From positions 8,804,001-8,868,000 of the forward strand of contig OZ024751.1 in the NCBI GenBank assembly GCA_964016885.1: DNA of 64,000 nucleotides. The letters are read 5' to 3'. The notes beneath the pieces were generated by a model. The model did not search any database. It saw nothing but the letters and a program-made list of their open reading frames with translations, and had not been told where the DNA came from. The stretch's first letter is position 1; every line of letters begins with the position of its first letter. The position numbers and the translations under genes are program-made. This DNA comes from Eledone cirrhosa. Its lineage: Eukaryota. This document shows positions 53,263-64,000 of the stretch, in pieces.

Positions 53263-54325
53263 GTCACCAGTTGGTGCTACTGGTAACATGTATCCCAGTA
53301 CAAGCTGTCTCATAGTCGGGGCGTTGGCGACTAAACTGGCAACTCCACCAAGGTTTCTTGGTGAGGAGGGTTACTTTGGACATCCTGCAGGACTAAAAAC
53401 AAGACCTGTCAATGGGTAAAGGAGCTCTTAACAGTCAATGGCCCTCAACAATCACCGGGAGAGATGACCCCTTAGCCTTTGTTAAGGCAGAATTCTAGGA
53501 GAAGGAAAACTTTGATATAACACCTGCAACCCTGATGGTATCCAATGATTTTGACTTGTTATTCTTTTTGGTAAATATCATCTTGTTTAACAGAGTAGGA
53601 CTGGCTTTGCGCAGTGCCTTTGCTCACTATAAAAGCTCCACGGCACAGGCATTACTTTATATCTGGAGATCTCTCTGCACTAGTCGTCGCATGGTGCTAT
53701 GGGCCCAGCACTATGTGTCAATAATTGTCACAGGTGTAGTGTTTGTACCAGAGTTTTCAAGTCGCTGGCTGGACTAAAAGTCACACTTGTTTAGCGCATC
53801 GGTGGGGTTTCTCCTACATGGATATAAAGTAGTGGCCGTACTCGAAAACGAGTTGGCAGCCACCATGTATATATATATATATGTGTCTATGTATGTATGT
53901 ATGTATATATTTATCCGGGAGAGATGACGCCTTAGCCTCTGTCAAGGCAGAATTCTAGGAGAAGGAAAGCTCTGATATAACACCTGCAACCCTGATGGTA
54001 TCCAATAATGTTGACTTGTTCTTCTTTTAGGTAAATATCATCTTGGCTAAGAGAGTGGGACTGGCTTTGTGCAGTGCCTTGGCTCACTATAAAAGCTTCA
54101 CGGCACATGCATTGCTTTGTATCTGGAGATCTCTCTGCACTTGTCGTCCCATGGTGCCATGGGCCCAGCACTATGTGTCAATAATTGTCTCAGGTGTTGT
54201 GTTTGTACCAGAGTTTTCAAGTCACTGGTAGGACTAAAAAGTCACACTTGTTTAACGAATCGGTAGGGGTTCTCCTGCATGGATATAAAGTAGTGGCCGT
54301 ACTCGAAAGCGAGTTGGCAGCCACC

Positions 54326-54326
<1 letters not shown>
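53260..54326 (+). mobile_element. RTE-like 5' UTR fragment with a ~410-bp tandem duplication
   Basis: 53455-53867 is repeated at 53915-54326. It contains CTAGGAGAAGGAAAACT, a motif I associate with RTE-clade 5' UTRs. The first copy ends at GCCACCATG. Confidence 0.5.
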
Positions 54327-54359
<33 letters not shown>

Positions 54360-54549
54360 ATGTTTGTGTGTGTGTATATATATATATTAGTCTAACGTGT
54401 AATATAGTAAGAAATGCGTCTTAATATTTCGGACGGTATTTTCTTCAACAGAAGATAGAATGAGAAATAAAATAATCAATAGTTAGATAGATGAAACAGA
54501 AAAAATATTGTAAAAAAAAGAACGTGTCAGACATTTGTGGGGGAAAATA

Positions 54550-54985
<436 letters not shown>

Positions 54986-55259
54986 TGTACTCTATTAGTG
55001 AGTATGGTTTATGAATCGCGCCACTCGTTAGATTACATGTTCATTACCTTTCTGGGAGGCATTTGCTAGATTGAGAGTCACTCTGGCACCGAGTGATAAT
55101 TAGAATTAGTCTGTCGTTTCATCTTCCTTCCGCCATTAACTCACTTTTTACTCCTCTCCGTTCATTTTGTCGTTATAGTGAATGAGAAGACGAATCAGTT
55201 TTAACTGAATTTATGTTTTTAGCAAAGAATCTTGTGTTGATTAGGAAAACAAACTCAAA

Positions 55260-55915
55260 CAGCCACGCATACAAATATAACCACATTTACACAATATCAG
55301 GTACATGCATATATAGACACATGTACTCATAATAAAAAATATACGCAAATATAGGCACATTTTCACACACATACATACATGCAAATATAGACACATGTGA
55401 AATACAATCACACATACATTCAAACATACACACATGTAAAAACAATGACACATACACACAAGTATATACACATGTACACACACACACATACATGCACACG
55501 TAAACACATATACACACAATCACACACATGTACACATGTACACACACAGTTATGCATATATGCTAATATAGACACATGTGCACATAAACAGACATACATG
55601 CAAATGTAGTCATATGTACACACAATCACACATACATGAGAGCATAGACACTTTTACACACAGTTACACATACACACAAACATACAGGTAAACATAGACA
55701 CAGGTACAAATGGACATACATTAAGACAGACACATGTACATACACACATACACATGCAGACATAGACACAGCTATATACAAACATACATACATAAACACA
55801 TAAACACATGTGCACATATACACGTACATGCAAATATAGACACAGTTGTACACGTACCAACAAACACACATATCCAAACATATATATAGATACATACCAA
55901 CATACATATACACAT
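55260..55915. repeat. Degenerate (CA/TA)n low-complexity tract
   Basis: Direct reading. Confidence 0.85.
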
Positions 55916-56479
55916 TCATTGTCCTAAACATCCTACTTGTTATATTCTATGTTATTCTTATTAATTTGTAATTTACTTAGTTCTTTGGTGTCCTTTGTTT
56001 TCAGGTTATTTGTGATCAATAGTTTCTTATGTATGTTTATTTTGCATTGCTTTTGAGATCTTGTCCGTGGGGCGTAGCTGCAATACCACTGCGCCCTAGG
56101 GCCAGAGCCCACCACCCTTCCCTTCTCGTTTATTCTGTGACAATAGATTCCTTTTCTTTTGCTGTTTTCTTTTTTCTTATTTTACATTCCATTCTTTTTT
56201 CTCAATCTATTTTATTTTATTTTTCTATTAAATTGTTTTTACTTTTAATAAATCTATTCAATTTTTATATATAATTAGCTAAAATGATGTCTCCCGCGCC
56301 AAAACCGCCACACTCTATGCCAAGAGCCCACCACTCCCGCCCCCCCTCTCTCATCCCCTTGATCCCAGAGCCCTTGCCCTTCCTGCATTTCCCATTTTTA
56401 GATATATGGTGTGTTGTTGATATTTGAAATAGATTTATGGTTTCTTTCACTACTTAGTGAGATGAACTACTTGGTTAAA

Positions 56480-56583
56480 CAGGGTGTCCCCACAAGATGT
56501 ATACACACTTTGATTACCTGTACAGGCAATATTTATTAGAATGCGGTTGAAGTGTGTATATATATAATTTTTGGGACACCCTG
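56480..56583. mobile_element. Tc1/mariner-type MITE
   Basis: Terminal inverted repeats CAGGGTGTCCC..TATACACACTT and AAGTGTGTATA..GGGACACCCTG. Confidence 0.75.
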
Positions 56584-56686
56584 TTTTTTCACAGACAATG
56601 TTTAGAAAAAGAATGAGTTGAAGTATCCTTTGTTGCCGGTGGTTTGCTTCTTCCATCCTAGTATATTTATTATTAAATGTATATAT

Positions 56687-56960
56687 GTGGTGATGGATTG
56701 GCAGTATCGGTAGATGGTCGGCCACTATGCTTTGCAGCATTGAGTTACGGCCATTTTGGGTCTGAGTTCAAATCCCGCCGATAATTTGCGTTCATCCTTA
56801 CGGGATCGATAAAATAAAGTATAAAATAAAGATAATTGCTGGCTTTGAGCCAAACGTAGAAACAATTATTAAATGTATATATATAATAAAGTACCAGTAA
56901 TGCACTGGCGTAGCTTACCGCTAGCGCCAAATTGCTGGCCATGTGCCTATAGTAGAAATT
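56687..56960 (+). mobile_element. SINE plus a duplicated SINE 3' end
   Basis: SINE 56687-56864 and a second 3' piece 56886-56958. ATTATTAAATGTATATAT occurs three times around them. Confidence 0.8.
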
Positions 56961-58684
56961 ATTATTAAATGTATATATAATAGTATTGAACTGATACATT
57001 GGTCGCATTTTCTACATAGTGATACATCAAGCAAAGAATAGCAACTAAATATCCCTCGAGTCACACTATGTTAAATAAGTGACACGTATTGTTCATAGAT
57101 ATAGAAAATTAAATGATCTCAGACGGATATATTTTTTCGTCATTGATGGTTTCTGATTTATACACAAGTCTTTATTTTATCATAACGTAAATGGATGTAA
57201 CTATATGCTACACAGCATGTCTTCCGACGCTCTACCGAAACTGCTACAATGTTAGTGGAATAGAGAAGACTAGTGGCTAAACAACTAACCACAACTCATA
57301 ATATCAGAATAGAATCAGTGAGACGTGGAATGTGCAAGAACAATGGCCAACCAGTGTAACTACATCAGCAATTGCAGTAGGAATAGCATATATGGATGAT
57401 GTGGTGGTGGAAATATGCATCTCAACGAATATTTATAGATTAAATAAAACATAGAATGTTTTAAAATGCTGGGAGAAATCATGTCAAAAGCTCATATGTA
57501 TAATACCATAACATGGGAACATAATTTAATGAGATATGAACCAATTACCTTGCGATTCATACTCCAACCCTGTGTCTGTTCCAAATATGAATGCGCTTCT
57601 TTTAGAAGACATTTTCTATTAGAGCAATTATATTCATATAACGATTCATTCTGTATCTGTCGTATTTCTTCAGACAGTAATAAAGATTGGAAATTAAATG
57701 GCATTCTATGAATACATTCTTCCATAATAAAGAAACGTGATTTCCCTCTTGAACATTGACATAAAATATTTCAAAAGATTTCTTGTGTGGCATAACCGAA
57801 AAAAAATAAAAAATAAATAAATAAAATTAATGTTCAACTTTTCTGTAGAAATGACATCATATGTTTCTGAGATCAGTATGTATTAATGCAATATTTTGTT
57901 TAGATTGTTTCCAAGTGGCTCCACACCTCAGGAGATGGGCAAATATAAATTGGAGTAATCTTATCATCATATGATGTGCGTATCGTATCTCAATCACGTC
58001 ACTTTACAATAACAATGTACACGGAAATTTCTGGCCAGAAATGTTAATTAAGGGATCTGGGATTTAATTTAATCTTCAATGCTGAAGACCTATAGAAATT
58101 GCAATAGCCAGCCATTGTCAGTATCACCTTATACACTAATTAGATTTCTAAGCTGTCACCTTCTATCACGGAGAGTAAACGCATGTGTTTTTATCTTGTT
58201 TAGCATTTGAAACGAGAAGGTTCACCAAACGTGCCGATCCATACAAAAGTCTAAAGGAGTTGTCAATAATATCCCCATGTGATACCACATGCATATGAAT
58301 AATACATTAATTTATATTTAACAAATAGAATACGTAACACACTGCAACATAAGAAAACAGAACTATTCATGTGTTACTGCAGGTAATCCCATTTAGTGAG
58401 AATCAAGAACCCACTGTAAAATATATCATGACGTTTACATTTTTACATTTGCTCAATGCTTAACCTTAAAAAATTAATAAGTGAGGGATCCAAACAGCGT
58501 TTTTTTTTTTTTTGCTTTTTTATATATGCATTAAACGTGGTTCTTCTTTCAAGGCACTTACTGCTGTTATCCCCAGTAGCACATATGATACAGACGTACA
58601 TATATATCACAACCTTATATTTCTATTATGATATACGCATGATTTATAATTGTTACTGTTATTGCTGATTTAGTGAAGTCACTT

Positions 58685-58845
58685 TGATATAGCAGCTCTG
58701 TGATCAAATGCTTTCAAATGGTGAGTATTATACTTTTCTCTCAGAAATAGTAAAACCAGGTATACATTATCCGAAGTGAGATATGGGTTAAGGGAGATTT
58801 GATCTGCTATTTCTATATAGTCGAGTGGTCATGCTGAAGCTCAGC
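58685..58845 (-). mobile_element. Old interspersed repeat remnant (second SINE family, possibly Nin-domain)
   Basis: Weak reverse-complement similarity to 59620-59820 and ~57030-57090; family assignment from memory only. Confidence 0.35.
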
Positions 58846-58958
58846 CATGGCTTGTATGTCCACATTTCTCACATTTCTAAAATAGATTTTCAAAATCAGA
58901 GACAGGATGGCTACAGCAGAAAATCAAGAGCAATATATATATAAATATATGAGAGAGA

Positions 58959-59044
<86 letters not shown>

Positions 59045-59619
59045 GTGTGTGGAGGGGGGGGGGGGTGACGTACATGTAAAACCATTTTCTGCATAAATGC
59101 TATACTGAAACATTTAATAATATTTCAAACAATTTATACGTTCTATATGGTCAATGACACGGGACGAATTCATTTGATAATTAAAATGTATAATACGTTT
59201 AATGAAATGATATTTTAGAATATTATAACACTTTGAGGTTTTTACTTTTAATATTTTGTTAAGGTTTGAAAGTAGAATATAGAAAAGTAATCATTTGATT
59301 ATGTATTTTCCCTTGACGTTATTGCTTTTAGTAGTGCAGTAAAGAATTCCTTAGATAACATCAATTTAATTAAAAACTGTAGAGCTGAGTATCAGCTTCA
59401 ATGCCAATACGTCACATAAGCAAAGTAATGATTTTAGAAACTACTCATTTAATTTGATTTAAAATTATTCATGAGAGAAATTTACAATCAAAGCAATTTC
59501 AATTGCCTCAGTATTCCAAAGCCTTGTTTCTCCCATAAATAAAACATGTTTTTTTTTTCTTCAGTTATCATGTATTGTGTGAGTCGACGCCAACTATCAA
59601 CAATTATCTTCGGGCTAGA

Positions 59620-59820
59620 GTGGGATTTCCTAGTCTGTTGCTAGCCATGTTAGAAACATATGTCCAAATTTGCCTCAGATAATACCCTGCAATTATAAAA
59701 TATTGAAGGGCATATTAGATAATGGAGGTCTGGATAACTATAATGTATTTCTTAGACTTGCTATGGAAATATTTGATCGTAGGTCTGCCAGACGTGAGAT
59801 GTTCTGGGCTAAATAACAGC
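59620..59820 (+). mobile_element. Old interspersed repeat remnant (second SINE family, possibly Nin-domain)
   Basis: CCAAATTTGCCTCAGA..GATAATG..TTTGATCGTAGGTCTGC..GGGCTAAATAAC. Confidence 0.35.
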
Positions 59821-59939
59821 GACTACAATTTTTGCATGAATATCAATAAATTCCGATAGTATAGTTTGAAGAAAACTTTTTGGGGAGTACTTAAACTTTA
59901 GAAGTATAGAAGGTAATCCCAAAATCAATCTCGAATATC

Positions 59940-60095
59940 AGAAACGGCAGGCTGCTCACAAAATGCCTTGCAGTATTTCACTGAATTTATTTAAAGTCAA
60001 ATTACAAATGTCACCAATGTTGATTTTGACATTCATCCTTCGGGGCTGATAAAATAATTAATAGTTGCGCATTGCAGTGGATCTTTCGATAACAC
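59940..60095 (+). mobile_element. Highly diverged SINE
   Basis: TTCATCCTTCGGGGCTGATAAAATAA core. Confidence 0.5.
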
Positions 60096-60294
60096 TTCAT
60101 CTCCTGGGCGACTGTGTGTCTTTGTCACGATGTACGACACATTAGATGAATTTGATTTTCTTATTACACCATATCTTCCTCATAGTAGCATGGCTGCAAT
60201 ACCGTAGTGATACTATTACAGAGGGTTTACTGTTATATCACACTTTGTTGAATGATCATATTAACGTATGTTCCCGTCAACACCTCTAAGGAAA

Positions 60295-61191
60295 TATCAG
60301 GTTATACCTTATGTAATGTCCGAAATGTTGATCAGAAAATCAAGTCATAAAATTTCATATTTTATTTAAAATTAGTCGTCCATATAATTCCCATCATTAT
60401 TGATGACTTTCCTCCATCTACTCATCAGTCGTTTAATTCCATTGGTGAAAGACCCTTTTGGATTTGATGAAAAGAAGGAAGAGGGGTCAATTTATACATT
60501 TTGGGGGCTTTTGAGTGCAAGTCTATCTAAATGATTCTGTAAGCTTCGAAACAAATGATAATTAGAAGGAGCAAGGTCCGGGGCGTAATGTGGGTGAGGG
60601 ATGTTTTCCCAGCCAAGTTCTTCGATTTTTTCTGATGTAATATTTGCAGTGTATGGCCTTGCATTATTATGATGGCAGTATCGGTAGAGGGTCGGACTCC
60701 ATGCTTTGACGCATAGGGTTACGATCCATGCCATTCTGAGTTCAAATCTAGCCGAGGTTAACTTTGCCTTTTATCCTTACGAGGTCGATAAAATAAAGTA
60801 CCAGTAATGCACTGAGTAATTGCTGGCCATGTGCCAAATGTAGAAACAATTATTATGATGAAGTACCACTCCCTTACGATTCAACAAAGCAGGCCTTTTC
60901 TTCTTTAAAGCAGCATCCCCGTAAACAGAATGAATATTCCGGTTGCTTCTGCTGCATTGTTACCTATTTTCAACGCATAGAAAATTATGTGCCATAAATG
61001 CTCCTTCGATACGTTCATCTTTAAGTGTTAATATTATATTATTCTGTTTAAACAAAATTATATTACTTATATTACGTTAAAGATTTCCAAATGCATAGGA
61101 GTATCAATGAATACCATTTTAATTATAGAATACTCTAAAATGTTATAGATATTATATATAATATTTCGGACATTTATGGTATGACCTGATA
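60295..61191 (-). mobile_element. Internally deleted mariner transposon interrupted by a SINE
   Basis: ~30-bp TIRs TATCAGGT(T/C)ATACC..AATGTCCGAAAT. After SINE removal the transposase C-terminus reads KKRPALLNRKGVVLHHNNARPYTA..HPHYAPDLAPSNYHLFRSLQNHL. Confidence 0.9.
60675..60848 (+). mobile_element. tRNA-derived SINE with a 12-bp TSD
   Basis: ATTATTATGATG at 60663-60674 and 60849-60860. Confidence 0.92.
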
Positions 61192-63214
61192 GAAGGCTTA
61201 AGCTTTTCAAACAGGACTACATTACCTACTCATCAATGAAATATGAACGTGCGTGGGAAAAGGTATTTGGTAACAGTGAAGACAATCCGGATGAACTTCG
61301 TAATTTTGGCGACGCCGATAAACTATGTTCTACTTCATAATATTAACTTTATATTATGTAATATTTTTGAGGTACATTATCCCAAAATAACATTTTATTA
61401 ATTAAAATAACATATAGGGATCAATAGGAAGAATGAATTGCTGAGCATATTTCGAATTCCAACACTGAGATGAAGAAATACACGGCCCGAAACCTTGCAA
61501 CATATGACACTGTTAATGTTATCCAAGAGCCTGGTGAATGTGTTCCACATGGTGACAGATTAAACCTACTTTTTCAATAAGTTGTCCCTAATTCAATGTA
61601 TCCAAATTTAGGCAAGGTAAATAGTGCTAACATAGGGTAACTAATTATAGTAACTAATTATATTATTGGTGATTACAGACAATGCCTTCCATACTTATAT
61701 AATAAGGTAACGCCCGTCGCAATAACCTCAGTGGTAAATCTCTACAGTTCTACACGTAGAATGATGCAGAAACTAGAACTAAAACTCAATGAATATTTCT
61801 AGTGGTGTCGTTTGATTTTTAGTAACTACAGTAGAAGGATTAACTGCATTGAAACCTATTTTCAAACCTACTTTACATTGTAATTGAACAAGAATGATAT
61901 CTTCGCGATCAATTTATCTAATTACATACTCATTGTTATTACTGTGTAGTGGAGGTAACCTATTTTTCCCTCTGCCTATTTATTTCTTCTATTTGGATGT
62001 AAAGTAATTTAAATTGTAGATTCATGATAAAACCGAGATATATCTGTGTTCATTGGATACAATTTCATTTCGCTAATATCATTAAAGAAAAAAAATCAGA
62101 AATTAAGTATAAAACTTGGATCTGTCCTCATATTTTCTCTTATTAAAGAAATCAAATAATAAATATAACATAAAACAGTACTAAGAGGTCAGACAGATAG
62201 AAAATTCCATTATGTACAGTAACTTTGATTTTAATTTTAAAAAGTTCGCGAGAAATAGAGGTCATAATTAGATTAGCAACTCTTCAGTAAAGGCTTCAAT
62301 AATTTCATTTTTATGGTCTATTGGCTAAATTAAACTAAATTAAATTATTGAATCAAGTAGGGAAACAGTCTTTTATCATATCAGACCAAAGAGAAAGGGT
62401 GACTGATCAGAGAGGAAGAATTTCTGGAAGAGTGAGGGAGCTTTATTGCATCTGAAGCGATGATTTCTATACACTTAAAATTCAATGTTAAAGTGATCGT
62501 ATAGAATGAAATGTTGTCTAACATGATCATGTAGAAAGTGAAAAAAACAACAACACAACAACAATGAAAATCACTAACAGGCCTCGGTGACATATTAGAT
62601 ACAGTATGGCATGATTTATAACTGCTGTTAATGTTGTTAGTGTTTATGTTTCATGTATTAATGTTGTCGCTGTTGATTGTGCTGTTGCGCTACCGTGTGT
62701 TCAATATATTTTAACCAAATAAAATTAAAATTACATTATCTTAATTAAACTAAAACAGCCGACATTAAGATATTCATGCTTTCATCTTCCCACCCGAAAT
62801 ACCGCCTATTAATCTATCTGGAATAGAAATAAAATTACGTAGCGCAATCTTATCATTACTGAGTTTTAGTCAGAGTGAAATCAGGCCACACTATTTTCTT
62901 GAACGCGTAACTATAAACTGATGTTTATATTCTATGTTATGATTCTATCGGTAGATAGTTTGTAACCCACGGATTATTGTATTGAAAATGTTTCGTTGAA
63001 GTGTGCTATCCAATTGAATGTACTATAAATGACTGAGGTCTTCAATGAATAATTTCAAATATGCACCATTAAATGAGCATCTATTAATGAATATCTTTCT
63101 ATCAAATTATGAGACGGAGAGAGTCAGCAGAAATATATTTTATTAGAGTAGTGTTCGATTAGAGTGGATCCTGCTCTAAAAATCAACAATAATAACTACA
63201 AACATTTATTGCAT

Positions 63215-63500
63215 TGATTTGATTTGGATCAACTTTATTTCATCGACCCAGAAACAAAAAATAAAAAACGTCGACTTCACAGCCTTCCGATCTGAGAAAG
63301 ATAACGGGAAGCATACGAAGAATGTGTTTTTGTTCACCACCCTAGTGATTCGTCCACTCGAAGACTAATAATTATAACAGCAATAATTTCTAACTTAGAC
63401 AATGCCTGGAATTTCAGGCAGTATACAGTGGATTAGATCAGTAAACGTCATTGAGTAATAAGTTATATTATCGACCCCGGAAGAATGAAATGCAACGTTC
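63215..63500 (-). mobile_element. Diverged SINE remnants
   Basis: Reverse-complement cores (TTTATTTCATCGACCC at ~63234, TTATCGACCCCGGAAGAATGAAA at ~63468). Confidence 0.5.
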
Positions 63501-64000
63501 ACAATAACATGATGAGAACGCGGAAGGTAAATAGGCATAAGACATCAGCGTCCATACTGAAATCAGTTCAATTGTGTTTAGACGGCAGTAACATTCAGGG
63601 TCAGTAGATATTAATATTCCATTTATTTTTCCTATTGTGTTTTTATCCACAATCCATTTGGAAATTCACTCATACGTTTTTCACTTCCAATTTTATTTAT
63701 ATCAATGGACAGTGCTTATCTCCTACTTGATTTGTATTAAATGTGCTATATTCAGTTCATAAGAGTTAGCTGTCAGAAACCGCTCATCACATCACTAGCA
63801 TTACCATAGCTGCCCAAAGTGGCAAGCATTTGAGATGAAAGGACTCTGTAAAGATTGACATTGATGTAAGATTCGAATATTCAGAGCATTATTGTTCAAA
63901 AAGAACCATGAATATAGAAATGCTATCTGACAGCCTATATGCATTATTACATAGCTTATTCAATAATCAGATATCTTCGCCGTGTTTTACTCAAAACAAA

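Noticed and set aside
53300-53385. Twister-like GGAGGG and CAAGC fragments
   Set aside because: The UAA cleavage loop, P2/P4 and pseudoknots cannot be assembled.
57492-57800. Possible minus-strand host exon ending CGCAAG|GTAATT
   Set aside because: The nearest polypyrimidine tract ends in CG rather than AG, the frames are discontinuous, and there is no recognisable domain.
61214-61580. Protein-like stretches (DYITYSSMKYERAWEK and downstream)
   Set aside because: Short, with no recognisable homology or partner exons; RNA-seq would be needed.

Overview
AT-rich eukaryotic intergenic or intronic DNA with no recognisable host gene. It is probably an octopod cephalopod, inferred from the tRNA-derived SINE family and the extreme (TA)n/(CA)n/(AG)n load. 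The window is a mosaic of mobile elements: R4/Dong-like and CRE-like RLE non-LTR elements, two L1/Tx1 elements, at least six Penelope-like elements (PLEs), about 15 SINE copies, a mariner, a Tc1-type MITE and an RTE-like 5' UTR. Two things stand out. First, a complete 4.2-kb LTR element (14638-18808, 5-bp TSD) combines DIRS-like RT/RNase H motifs with a DDE integrase. Its primer-binding site is complementary to the 5' end, not the 3' CCA end, of tRNA-Phe. Second, about 20 type I hammerhead ribozyme motifs sit in PLE-type termini. Several sequence-distinct families carry the compensatory U3-A8 core, and the termini are repeatedly arranged as tail-out inverted pairs ending in (TA)n tracts. All folding and alignments were done by eye, and coordinates of degraded elements are approximate.
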